A stretch of 40,075 bases of DNA from an uncultured Gemmatimonadaceae bacterium (lineage in GTDB: Bacteria > Gemmatimonadota > Gemmatimonadetes > Gemmatimonadales > Gemmatimonadaceae). The notes beneath the pieces were generated by a model. That model ran no database searches and was not told the DNA's origin. It saw only the letters and a program-made list of their open reading frames with translations. Positions 18,216 through 26,806 of the stretch are shown piece by piece; position 1 is the first letter of the stretch, and each line of letters starts with the position of its first letter. The stretch spans positions 1 to 40,075 of the forward strand of contig CBQVAZ010000001.1 of assembly GCA_967720205.1 (NCBI GenBank). The letters run 5' to 3'. The translations under genes and the position numbers were made by a program.

Positions 18216-19220
18216 GTGCATCCGTTTATCGCGGAAGTGCGCAGGCGCGCGTCCGCACAGCGTGTGCGGCTGGCGCTCGCCGAGTCGTGGGATGACCGCG
18301 TGCTCCATGCAGCCAGCTTCCTCGCCCGCTGGGGAATCGCAGAGCCCGTGCTCGTGCTGGATCCCGAGCGACCTGATTCGCACGCGGCCGCCAAGTCCGT
18401 TGGCGTCGACACGATCGATCCGCTGACGCACGGCGGCTTAAAGGAGCTGGAGGACGAGCTGTTGCAGCGACGGCGCCGCCGCGAAGGCGGCCTAACGACT
18501 GAGGAAGCCGCTCGCCTTGCCCGCGAGCCGCTGTTCTACGCCGACTATCTCGTGCGCCGTGGCGAGGTGGCCGGGAGCGTCGCCGGCTGCGTGTACACGA
18601 CTGCGGAGGTGCTGCGCGCCGCGATCTGGCTTGTGGGACCGGCGCCGGGTGTGGCCACCGTTTCCAGCGCGTTCTACATGGCCACGCGCGCGTTTCGCAG
18701 CGATCAGCCTGAAATCGTCACCTTCGCGGATTGCGCCGTGGTGCCGCAGCCCACGGCCGAACAGCTTGCCGACATCGCGATTGCTGCCGCGCGTGATAGA
18801 AAGCGCATTGTGGGTGACGATCCGATCGTGGCATTTCTGTCATTTAGTACACTCGGCAGCGCGACGAACGAATCCGTCGAGCGCGTGCGTCTCGCCGTCG
18901 CCATCACCCGTGAACGCGACAGTTCGCTGCGCATCGACGGCGAATTACAGGCGGATGCGGCGCTGATGCGAGAAGTTGCAGCGCGAAAAGCCCCGGCGAG
19001 CCCGGCTGCAGGTTTAGCGAACGTTCTTATCTTCCCGTCGCTCGACGCAGGGAACATCGCGTATAAGTTGATTGAACGACTAGCGGGTGCGTTTGCGATC
19101 GGTCCGATCCTTCAAGGACTTGCACGTCCGTGCTCCGATCTGTCGCGAGTCGCCTCCGCTGACGACATTATCAACGTCGCCGCGATTACTGCCCTGCAAT
19201 CGCACGACGTAGGGGCGTGA
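18216..19220 (+). CDS. pta: Phosphate acetyltransferase (short PTA_PTB form)
   Basis: [36 protein letters not shown] and CSDLSR are hallmark Pta segments. Confidence 0.85.
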   Translation: MHPFIAEVRRRASAQRVRLALAESWDDRVLHAASFLARWGIAEPVLVLDPERPDSHAAAKSVGVDTIDPLTHGGLKELEDELLQRRRRREGGLTTEEAARLAREPLFYADYLVRRGEVAGSVAGCVYTTAEVLRAAIWLVGPAPGVATVSSAFYMATRAFRSDQPEIVTFADCAVVPQPTAEQLADIAIAAARDRKRIVGDDPIVAFLSFSTLGSATNESVERVRLAVAITRERDSSLRIDGELQADAALMREVAARKAPASPAAGLANVLIFPSLDAGNIAYKLIERLAGAFAIGPILQGLARPCSDLSRVASADDIINVAAITALQSHDVGA

Positions 19221-19246
19221 ACAGGCAGGCCCAACGGAGAAAGGCA

Positions 19247-19579
19247 ATGAGTTTTGCAATACATAAGGAGGGTGAAGTCTGCGTAGTGGGCGTGGAGGGG
19301 CAGTTGATCGTTGGCAATCGCCAGGAGCTCAAGCAGAAGGTGCTGGATGAGATCGAGCGCGGCGAACGCAAGTTTTTAGTCGACTTCAGTCAAACCGGAT
19401 ACATCGACAGCTCGGGCCTCGGCGTGCTGGTCTCGCTGTCCAAGAAGATTCGTGAGCATGGTGGCGAGCTGCGCCTAACCAACCTTAACGAAGACTTGAA
19501 GACGCTTTTCGAGCTGACCAAGCTCGACACGCTGTTTCAGATCGCGGAGACTCGCGAGCGCGCGCTGGAAAGTTTCTAG
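19247..19579 (+). CDS. STAS-domain anti-sigma-factor antagonist (SpoIIAA/RsbV-like)
   Basis: About 110 aa with the conserved phosphorylatable-Ser context YIDSSGLGVLV. ATG 19247 follows a GGAGAAAGG Shine-Dalgarno. Confidence 0.85.
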   Translation: MSFAIHKEGEVCVVGVEGQLIVGNRQELKQKVLDEIERGERKFLVDFSQTGYIDSSGLGVLVSLSKKIREHGGELRLTNLNEDLKTLFELTKLDTLFQIAETRERALESF

Positions 19580-19610
19580 GCGCAGCGAGATCCGTCGCCT
19601 AACGAGCAAC

Positions 19611-20081
19611 GTGGTCAACCTGCCGGTCCCCCCATCCTCCGGCTCCGCTTCCGCTCCACACGAGTGGGCCGTGTTACCGTACGATCTTCGCTTCCCGAGC
19701 GACGTACGCTTCGTGGAACGCGCCGTCGAGCTGGTCGTCGACCGCTGCCGCTCGGCGGGTTTCCCCGCGCACGCGCTCGCGTTCAACGTTCGCGTCGCGC
19801 TGACCGAGGCGCTGTCGAACGCGATTCTTTATGGCAATCGCGAGGACGAAAACAAAGCCGTGCGCGTGACGGCCAACATCACGGACGCCGGCTTGGTGCT
19901 CGAAGTTTACGACCAGGGGAAGGGATTCAATCTCGACGAATGCACGAATGACCCGACTCGTCTGGAGAACCTGCTGCGCGAGGATGGACGCGGACTCTTC
20001 CTGATGCGGCGGCTGATGGATCGGGTGGAGCAGGTATCGAATGGCCACAACATGGTCCGCCTAACGCTCCGTCGCACGTGA
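19611..20081 (+). CDS. Anti-sigma regulatory factor, serine-protein kinase (HATPase_c, RsbW/SpoIIAB-like)
   Basis: N box EALSNAILYGN, G1 DQGKGF and G2 GRGLFLM in a 156-aa protein next to the STAS gene. Confidence 0.8.
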   Translation: MVNLPVPPSSGSASAPHEWAVLPYDLRFPSDVRFVERAVELVVDRCRSAGFPAHALAFNVRVALTEALSNAILYGNREDENKAVRVTANITDAGLVLEVYDQGKGFNLDECTNDPTRLENLLREDGRGLFLMRRLMDRVEQVSNGHNMVRLTLRRT

Positions 20082-21679
20082 AGGAGCTCGGGGCGATCCT
20101 CGATCGCTTCGCGGAGGCGCTGGGCTGCCCGGCTGTCGTGTGGCAGCACCCCGATGGAGACGACACACTCATCCCCGAGTACGGACGCCCGCGAACGCCG
20201 CTCTTTCACTCGGCGCTCAAGTGGCCAGCGGCGCCGGTGCCGGCCGAGGTGTTGACGGACGACGGCATTTTTATCGTCGCGAGCATTCCGGGCCCGAAGC
20301 GCACGGTTCTGACGTTAGGCCCGACGCAGCATCCAACGCCGCAACTGCACGCGTACGCTGCCTTTCTGGCTCCTGTCATCGCGCACTTCTATCAGTCCGC
20401 GCTCGAAGTCGAGCATGCGGCGTGGGAGCTCGCAGAGCGCTATGAAGAGATCAATCTGCTCTACACGACGAGCGAGATCCTCGGCCGCACGGTTTCGTTG
20501 GAAGAGGCGACGCGGCGCATTCTGAGCGAGATCTGCGAGACAGTTGGAGCGCGTCGGGCGGCGATTCTCGTGCACGATCGCATCACCGACACGTTGCAGG
20601 TCGTCACGGCGCTTGGCTTTGCCGCTGAAGACGCAATACCCATCGCTTCCAGCGACCCAAACGCTGTGTCCGCGCGCGTCTTCCGCGAGCAGCGCGCGGT
20701 GCTCGTGGAGGAAGGGGAGATGCCGTGCGACGCCGAGCGACCGTACCGACGCGGGATGTTGTTGTCGGTGCCGATTCTGTGGACGAATCCCGGATCGTCG
20801 TCAGGGCTGCCGTTAGGTGTCGTGAACCTTTCCGAGCGCCGAACAGGAGAGACGTTCAGCGCCGGGGACGAAAAGCTCGTGTTCTCGATCGCGACGCAGA
20901 TCGGCACGGCAATCCAGAATACGCGTCTCGTGCGCGCGTCCGTGGCGCAGCAACGCTTGCAGCAGGAGATGCAACTGGCGCACGACCTACAGATGAAGCT
21001 GCTGCCGAGCGTGGAGAGCGTCGCTCCGGAAGCGACGGTCGCGGCGCGCGTCGCGCCGGCGGACAGCGTGGGAGGTGACTTCTATCACCTCTTCCGGTTA
21101 GGCGGCGGTCGCACGGGCGTTCTGATCGGCGACGTTTCAAGTCATGGGTATCGCGCGGCGTTGATTATGGCCCTCGCGATGAGCGCTGCAGCCATCCACG
21201 CGGCGGTGACGGAAGCGCCGGCAGATCTGCTCAATCGCATGCGCACGTCATTGCAGGACGAGCTGTCTTCGACCGAGATGTTCATCTCGATGTTCTATGC
21301 TGTCATCGATCCCAAGGCGGGGCGTCTCCGGTATGCCAACACGGGACATCCGCATGCGTTCATTGTACGTGGTAATGGCGTCGCGCAGCGCCTGGCGGCT
21401 TTGGATCCGCCGTTAGGCATGCAGGCGAGCCGGCCAAAGGAGTCGGAGCAGCCCTGGCGTGCCGACGATGACCTGCTCGTCCTTTTCACTGACGGCCTCA
21501 GCGACGCGCGCGACCGCTTCGATCGCAAGCTCGGCGAGCAGCGCTTGTTGGATGTGGTGCGCGAAGCGCGCGACGAGCGTCCGAGCGCTGTCGTCGATCG
21601 CGTCTTCGCGATGGTTCAGTCACACACAGTTGGAACGCCTCGGCGCGACGACCTCACACTCGTTGTGGCTCGCACGTAA
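20078..21679 (+). CDS. GAF-domain PP2C-family (SpoIIE/RsbU-like) serine phosphatase
   Basis: Central GAF-like region followed by PP2C motifs (GGDFYHLF, IGDVSSHG, LFTDGLSDA, DDLTLVV). GTGA overlap with the kinase gene. Confidence 0.85.
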   Translation: MKELGAILDRFAEALGCPAVVWQHPDGDDTLIPEYGRPRTPLFHSALKWPAAPVPAEVLTDDGIFIVASIPGPKRTVLTLGPTQHPTPQLHAYAAFLAPVIAHFYQSALEVEHAAWELAERYEEINLLYTTSEILGRTVSLEEATRRILSEICETVGARRAAILVHDRITDTLQVVTALGFAAEDAIPIASSDPNAVSARVFREQRAVLVEEGEMPCDAERPYRRGMLLSVPILWTNPGSSSGLPLGVVNLSERRTGETFSAGDEKLVFSIATQIGTAIQNTRLVRASVAQQRLQQEMQLAHDLQMKLLPSVESVAPEATVAARVAPADSVGGDFYHLFRLGGGRTGVLIGDVSSHGYRAALIMALAMSAAAIHAAVTEAPADLLNRMRTSLQDELSSTEMFISMFYAVIDPKAGRLRYANTGHPHAFIVRGNGVAQRLAALDPPLGMQASRPKESEQPWRADDDLLVLFTDGLSDARDRFDRKLGEQRLLDVVREARDERPSAVVDRVFAMVQSHTVGTPRRDDLTLVVART

Positions 21680-21683
21680 TCGT

Positions 21684-21795
21684 CAGCGCGGACCAACGCG
21701 GACCACTACAGGACCAACGCGGATTTAATCTTTGAAAACGCCCGAAAATCTGCGTTCGTCCGCGTCCGTCCGTGTGAGTCCGCGCTACCGCTTTT
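21684..21795. repeat. Palindromic intergenic element, copy C (about 112 nt; outer left arm truncated)
   Basis: CAGCGCGGAC-CAACGCGGAC ... CAACGCGGAT ... CTGCGTTCGTCCGCGTCCGTCC ... GTCCGCGCTACCGCTTTTA. It starts 5 nt after the phosphatase stop codon. Confidence 0.8.
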
Positions 21796-21806
21796 AGGTT
21801 TTCGAA

Positions 21807-22673
21807 ATGCACCATAAGGCTCGGAAGCGGCTGGGACAGCATTTCCTCAACGACCGGCGCATTCTCGCGCGCATCGTCGAGGCGGTGGCCCCGAGACCTA
21901 ACGAGACTATCATCGAGATCGGCCCTGGCCAAGGCTCGCTGACGGAGCGGCTCGCGCAGCGCGCGGCGCGCCTCGTAGCCATCGAGCTGGATCGCGACCT
22001 CGCAGCCGGGCTGCGACAGCAATTCGCCGACCGGCCGAACGTGCAGATCGTGGAAGGCGACGTGCTCGATATCCGGCTCGCGGAGTTGAGCGACGGGGCG
22101 CAATGGAGTGTCACGGGGAACGTCCCGTACTACATAACGACGCCGATCCTCTTTCATGCGCTGGCCTCGCCTCGGCCGCGTCGGATTGTCTTGCTCGTCC
22201 AACGCGAGGTCGGCGATCGACTGGCCGCCGCAGCGGGGAGCGAAGCGTACGGCGCGCTGTCGGTGACTGCGCAGGCTGTCGCGCGCGTCGAGCGTCACGG
22301 GCGCGTCCCAGCGGGTTCGTTTCATCCCAAGCCAGCCGTCGATTCGGTGATTGTGAGCCTAACGCCTCTGGATGAGCCGATCGTGACGACACACGAAGAG
22401 CCGGCGTTCAAGAGGCTCGTTCAAGGCGCGTTCTCCCAGCGACGCAAGCAGATGGTACGCGTCGTGCGCAGCTTGTTCGATATCGCGGCAGAGCAGGCGA
22501 CAACGCTGCTCGACGCCTGTGCGATCGACGTCAGTGTTCGTCCTGAAGTCCTGGCTCCGCAGACTTTCGTCGATCTGCTGCGCGCGGCCAAGCGCGCGGG
22601 ATTCGAACAGTTGCCCGAAACTAGCGGTCGCCGCCCAGGCCGCTCCCGGAGCGGTTCGACAGAGCGAAGCTGA
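21807..22673 (+). CDS. rsmA: 16S rRNA (adenine1518/1519-N6)-dimethyltransferase RsmA/KsgA
   Basis: KRLGQHFL, EIGPGQGSLT, GNVPYYITTPIL. The 3' end overlaps the convergent rex by about 53 nt. Confidence 0.9.
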   Translation: MHHKARKRLGQHFLNDRRILARIVEAVAPRPNETIIEIGPGQGSLTERLAQRAARLVAIELDRDLAAGLRQQFADRPNVQIVEGDVLDIRLAELSDGAQWSVTGNVPYYITTPILFHALASPRPRRIVLLVQREVGDRLAAAAGSEAYGALSVTAQAVARVERHGRVPAGSFHPKPAVDSVIVSLTPLDEPIVTTHEEPAFKRLVQGAFSQRRKQMVRVVRSLFDIAAEQATTLLDACAIDVSVRPEVLAPQTFVDLLRAAKRAGFEQLPETSGRRPGRSRSGSTERS

Positions 22674-23280
22674 GTCCTTCCAGCTCCATTGCCATGTTCA
22701 CGCTGCGCAGCGCGACGTCGTTAGGGACGCGCAGCTGAACTGGGGCGAAGTTGAGAATCGCGCGAATCCCGGAGCGCACCAATCGATCGACCAGGCCTTG
22801 CGCGTCTTCGCCGGGCACAGTGAGCACTGCGATGTCGGGCTTGTCGCGCGGCACGTCGCGTTCGATCTGCGCGATGTCGCGCACTGTGTGTTGTTCGCCA
22901 GTTACCGAAACGACCTGACCGACTTTCTGTGGGTCGCGGTCATACACGGCTGTCACGAGGAAGCCGCGTCGCTTGAATCCTTCGTATTGCGCCAAGGCTG
23001 TGCCAATTTTTCCGGCTCCCACAATGATTACGCTCCATTGCCGGCCGAGCCCGAGGATGTCGCGCAGAGATTCGGTAAGCTCGTCGACGGCGTAGCCGAG
23101 TCCGCGTTTGCCGAAGGAACCGAAGAACGACAAGTCTTTGCGTACCTGCGCCGACGTCGTCCCGCCGCGCTTCGCCAACTCATCGCTCGAGATCGTAGTG
23201 ACTCCGCGCCGCGCAGACTCTTCGAGAAAGCGCAGGTAGGCTGAGAGACGACGGACGGTGCTATCGGCGATGCGTTTCAC
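22621..23280 (-). CDS. rex: Redox-sensing transcriptional repressor Rex
   Basis: Typical Rex N-terminus (KRIADSTVRRLSAYLRFL ... SSDELA ... QVRKDLSFFGSFGKRGLGY) and Rossmann motif IVGAGKIG. I chose GTG 23280. The track start at 23355 would translate through the Rex operator. Confidence 0.88.
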   Translation of the reverse strand: MKRIADSTVRRLSAYLRFLEESARRGVTTISSDELAKRGGTTSAQVRKDLSFFGSFGKRGLGYAVDELTESLRDILGLGRQWSVIIVGAGKIGTALAQYEGFKRRGFLVTAVYDRDPQKVGQVVSVTGEQHTVRDIAQIERDVPRDKPDIAVLTVPGEDAQGLVDRLVRSGIRAILNFAPVQLRVPNDVALRSVNMAMELEGLSFALSNRSGSGLGGDR

Positions 23281-23324
23281 GACGGCGGGAGTGGAGCGAG
23301 GCGGGCAGGTCTGGTAGGGATGCC

Positions 23325-23342
23325 TTGTGAATCGTTTCACAA
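23325..23342. promoter_or_regulatory. Rex operator (perfect inverted repeat TTGTGAA-N4-TTCACAA)
   Basis: TTGTGAATCGTTTCACAA read directly. It matches the published Rex box consensus TTGTGAAnnnnTTCACAA. It lies 45 nt upstream of the rex start, in the rex/arcA divergent region. Confidence 0.8.
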
Positions 23343-23546
23343 GATAGCAATCCACTGGTGTCGATACCAGTTAGGTGCGCTGCTATAGGTAGCCATGCAT
23401 CCCCACAAACAGCTTGGAGTCTGCAGTAATGAGTCGTCCGTACTCAGAGCCGACGGATAACGGAGCACTGACCACTGCGGACTCCACGCTGCTTTGGTTC
23501 TGTGGAACTCAGCAGACCGCCCCAACCGTCCGCTTACATTTTGGCC

Positions 23547-24782
23547 ATGCCCGTCAACATTCCGTCGGAAATCGGCCAGCTGAAATCGGTCCTCGTGCAC
23601 ACGCCCGGCGAGGAGCTGCTTGCTGTCACGCCATCCACGGTCGCTGACTACCTGTACGTCGACATTATCGACGTCGAGGGAGCGAATCGAGAGCATCGCC
23701 GGTTCGTTGCCGTGCTCGAGCGCTTCGCGACTGTGCTGCAGGTTGGCGATCTCCTGCGTGATGTGCTGGACGACCCACAGGCGCGTGACGCGGTCATCCG
23801 CGAGACGATGGACTTCTATCCGTCGGAGCCGCTGGGGCGCGAATTGGCCGAGGCGTCCGCGGAGACTCTCTCGCGCTGGCTCATCGAGGGGCGACGGGAC
23901 GCACCCGGCGCGTTAGGCAGTGCGCTGAACGCCGAGGGGTATCAGCTCCCGCCGTTGCCGAACCTGTACTTCACGCGCGACACGGCGATGGCTGTGAACC
24001 AGCACGTGCTGATCGGCGCCATGCGCCACGGCGTTCGCTGGTCGGAAGAGCTCATCATGAGGGCGCTCTTTCGGCATCACCCCGCGCTTGCAAATCGCGG
24101 CGTGCTCTACGACGGCTCGGCGGAGCGGCGATTGTCGTATTCGCTGGAGGGCGGCGACGTTCATCCGCTGCGCCCCGACACGGTCATGCTCGGCTTCAGC
24201 GATCGTTCGAGTCCGGCGGGGATCGACCATCTCGCCCGCCTGCTGTTCGAGCAGACGACCGTTGAGAATCTGGTTGTGGTGGTCATGCCCAAAGAGAACA
24301 CGGCGATCCACTTAGACATGATCTTCACACAAGTCGATCGCGAATTATGTGTGATCTACCCGCCGCATTTCCTGGGTCCCGAGCGGCTGACTGTGCTTGT
24401 GTGGCGTAAGGGAGAGTCGCAGCTGCGGGAGTCGCCTAACGTCTTCGCCGCGCTGGAAGAGTGCGGCCTGCATATGGAGCCGATCTTCTGCGGCGGCAAC
24501 AAGCGGAACATGCAGGAGCGCGAGCAGTGGGCGTCGGGCTGCAACTTCATGGCGTTGCGGCCGGGGCTTGTCACGTCGTATGCGCGAAACGAGGCGACGC
24601 TCCATGAAATGGAAAAGATGGGCTTCTCGCTCGTGTCTTCGGTTTCGTTCCTGACCGGAGGGCGCCGCGTGAGCGATTCCGATCGCGCGGTGATTACGTT
24701 CGAGGGAAGCGAGTTGGTGCGCGGTGGCGGCGGACCGCGGTGCATGAGTTGCCCGATCGAGCGAGACGACCCTTGGGCATAG
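23547..24782 (+). CDS. arcA: Arginine deiminase-like (guanidino-group-modifying enzyme superfamily)
   Basis: N-terminal IPSEIGQLKSVLVHTPGEEL, about 410 aa, and a C-terminal catalytic Cys context GGGGPRCMSCPIERD. ATG 23547 was chosen over the track start at 23502. Confidence 0.72.
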   Translation: MPVNIPSEIGQLKSVLVHTPGEELLAVTPSTVADYLYVDIIDVEGANREHRRFVAVLERFATVLQVGDLLRDVLDDPQARDAVIRETMDFYPSEPLGRELAEASAETLSRWLIEGRRDAPGALGSALNAEGYQLPPLPNLYFTRDTAMAVNQHVLIGAMRHGVRWSEELIMRALFRHHPALANRGVLYDGSAERRLSYSLEGGDVHPLRPDTVMLGFSDRSSPAGIDHLARLLFEQTTVENLVVVVMPKENTAIHLDMIFTQVDRELCVIYPPHFLGPERLTVLVWRKGESQLRESPNVFAALEECGLHMEPIFCGGNKRNMQEREQWASGCNFMALRPGLVTSYARNEATLHEMEKMGFSLVSSVSFLTGGRRVSDSDRAVITFEGSELVRGGGGPRCMSCPIERDDPWA

Positions 24783-24839
24783 CTCAACGATCGTCAACTG
24801 AGAACGCAGCCACGGGTTGCGGAGGCCGGCTAGCCTAAC

Positions 24840-25517
24840 GTGAGGCACACTGAGACTCAGGGAGTTCCGCTAAACGAGCTACGGTTTGCCGTTGTCGACA
24901 CCGAAACGACGGGAACCAGCGTCTCGGGCGGAGACCGGATCACTGAGGTCGCGATCGTGGAGGTACAGGGCGGATACGTTGGGCGGACTTTGAGCACCCT
25001 CGTGTACCCGCAGCGGCCGATTCCACAGTGGATCACGTCGCTCACGGGGATCAGCGACGCGATGGTGCGTCACGCGCCGCCGTTCCTGGAGATCGCGGAG
25101 CAAGTCCGCGAGGCGTTAGGTGCCGGCGTCTTCGTCGCGCACAACGTCGGTTTCGACTGGACCTTCCTCCACGCGGAGCTGGAACGGACGACGGGGGATG
25201 GTTTCGACATGGATGCCCCGCGCCTGTGCACCGTGCGTCTCGCGCGCATTTTTCTCCGTCGTCTCGAGCGCCGCTCGCTGGATCATCTCGCGAGCTACTA
25301 CGGCGTTTCGATCCGAGAACGGCACCGCGCGTTAGGGGACGCCGTCGCGACGGCGCACTGCTTCACGTATCTCCTCGAAGCGGCCCGGCGACTGGGTCTC
25401 ATGACGTTGGATGATCTCGAGTCGCACATTGCGGAGTGGCGCAGTCGTCACCGAGGGCGGCGAAGAAAGCGACGCTCGTTTCTGCCGTCTTCATTCGCGC
25501 CGACGCACATCGCGTGA
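24840..25517 (+). CDS. DnaQ/DEDDh-family 3'-5' exonuclease (DNA pol III epsilon-like)
   Basis: Exo I VVDTETTG, Exo II AHNVGFDWTFL and Exo III HRALGDAVAT, plus a basic C-terminal tail. Confidence 0.8.
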   Translation: MRHTETQGVPLNELRFAVVDTETTGTSVSGGDRITEVAIVEVQGGYVGRTLSTLVYPQRPIPQWITSLTGISDAMVRHAPPFLEIAEQVREALGAGVFVAHNVGFDWTFLHAELERTTGDGFDMDAPRLCTVRLARIFLRRLERRSLDHLASYYGVSIRERHRALGDAVATAHCFTYLLEAARRLGLMTLDDLESHIAEWRSRHRGRRRKRRSFLPSSFAPTHIA

Positions 25518-26398
25518 CTGCGTTAGGCCCGCTCGTGCAGTCGCGTTCACTCGGCGGCTGGCGTATCCACGCGATTCAGGCTGGCGGGCAGAAGCTCGAC
25601 GGCGGTGCGATGTTCGGTGTCGTGCCGAAGCCTCTTTGGCAGCGGCGCATCGCGCCGGATGAGCGCAACCGTATCCAGTTAGGCATGCGCTGTCTATTGA
25701 TAGAGCATCCCGATGGACTCGTGCTCATCGACAGCGGGGCGGGGAACAAGGAGAACGAGAAGTTCCACGAGATCTACGGTCTCGAGAACGCCGGGAGCGA
25801 CGGCCGCACGTGGTTGGAGGACGGCGTGAGAGAGGCAGGCTTTGCGACCGACGATATTCGGATTGTCATCAATACGCATTTTCACTTCGATCACGCCGGC
25901 GGCAACACGTATGACGACGCCGATGGCGTCGTGCGCGCGTCATTCCCGAATGCGAAGTACATGGTGCAGAGCGGCGAGTATGACTTCGCGACGCGACCTA
26001 ACGAGCGGACGTCGGCGAGCTATTTCACGCGCAACTGGGACTGCATCCGCGAAGCCGGCCGATTGGAGTTGGTCGAGGGCGAGCCCGAGATCATGCCGGG
26101 AATCCGGCTCATGCGCACGCCGGGACATGTCCCGCATCACCAGTCGGTATTGCTGACGAGCGCGGGTGAGACCGCTTTCTTCCTGGGAGATCTTTGTCCG
26201 ACCGCGGCGCACCTGCCGCTTGCGTGGATCATGGGGTACGACGTTGAGCCTCTCGTCACGCTGGAGTCCAAGCGTCGCATGCTGACGCGGGCGCGGGATG
26301 AGAGTTGGTTGGTGATCTTCGAGCACGACGCCGCTGTTACCTGGGGCAGGGTTGTTCAAGACGGAAAGGCCTTCGCGCTGAATCCTGCTGCCCAGTAG
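25514..26398 (+). CDS. MBL-fold metallo-hydrolase
   Basis: HxHxDH motif (THFHFDHAGG) and later TPGHVPHH. GTG 25514 overlaps the exonuclease stop as GTGA. The track start at 25436 lies inside the upstream gene. Confidence 0.75.
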   Translation: MTALGPLVQSRSLGGWRIHAIQAGGQKLDGGAMFGVVPKPLWQRRIAPDERNRIQLGMRCLLIEHPDGLVLIDSGAGNKENEKFHEIYGLENAGSDGRTWLEDGVREAGFATDDIRIVINTHFHFDHAGGNTYDDADGVVRASFPNAKYMVQSGEYDFATRPNERTSASYFTRNWDCIREAGRLELVEGEPEIMPGIRLMRTPGHVPHHQSVLLTSAGETAFFLGDLCPTAAHLPLAWIMGYDVEPLVTLESKRRMLTRARDESWLVIFEHDAAVTWGRVVQDGKAFALNPAAQ

Positions 26399-26402
26399 TC
26401 AG

Positions 26403-26513
26403 AAAGCGTGAGCGCGGACGCACGCGGAGAACACCAAGGCCAACGCGGACCGGCTCTTTTTTAATTCGTTCAAGGCCGCGTTCGTCTCGGCAGTTGTCCG
26501 CGCTGCCGCTTTT
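26403..26513. repeat. Palindromic intergenic element, copy D (about 111 nt)
   Basis: AAAGCGTGAGCGCGGAC-GCACGCGGAG ... CAACGCGGAC ... GCCGCGTTCGTC ... GTCCGCGCTGCCGCTTTTG. It starts 5 nt after the MBL stop codon. Confidence 0.85.
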
Positions 26514-26678
26514 GGACTGCCAGCTTGCTTTCGGGACTTAGCCAACTAACTTCAGTCCCTACAACTTGTTAAGCAGAGCGAACGCGCTCTCACCCTCTGG
26601 CCGCGGCCGAAGTGCCGGCGTGCTGCAGGAGTTCTCGACCAGCGACGCCGGCACGCAACGAGCGTGCGGCGCCGTTTG

Positions 26679-26707
26679 CGCGGACTCCTGGTGGGTCCGC
26701 GTTTTTT
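26679..26707 (+). terminator. Intrinsic terminator / attenuator in the infC leader
   Basis: Stem CGCGGAC (26679-26685) pairs with GTCCGCG (26695-26701) around a 9-nt loop, followed by TTTTTT (26702-26707). It lies about 50-100 nt upstream of the plausible infC starts. Confidence 0.6.
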
Positions 26708-26806
26708 GTTGTCCGGCCAGTTGTCGTTAGGCAACGGCCTCAAAACCTCAACGGAGAGATACCGACGCCTCAGCCACAACCGCAAGAAACCGCGAAAACA
26801 CCGCGC

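Noticed and set aside
22621-22673. A 53-nt convergent overlap of the rsmA and rex 3' ends, considered as a possible antisense regulatory arrangement.
   Set aside because: It is most simply explained by poorly conserved C-terminal tails of both proteins running to the next available stop codon in GC-rich DNA. I see no structure or motif in the overlap.
26520-26700. Possible tRNA or tmRNA-like gene upstream of infC.
   Set aside because: There is no GGTTCGA-type T-arm or cloverleaf spacing. The hairpins fit a leader/terminator better.
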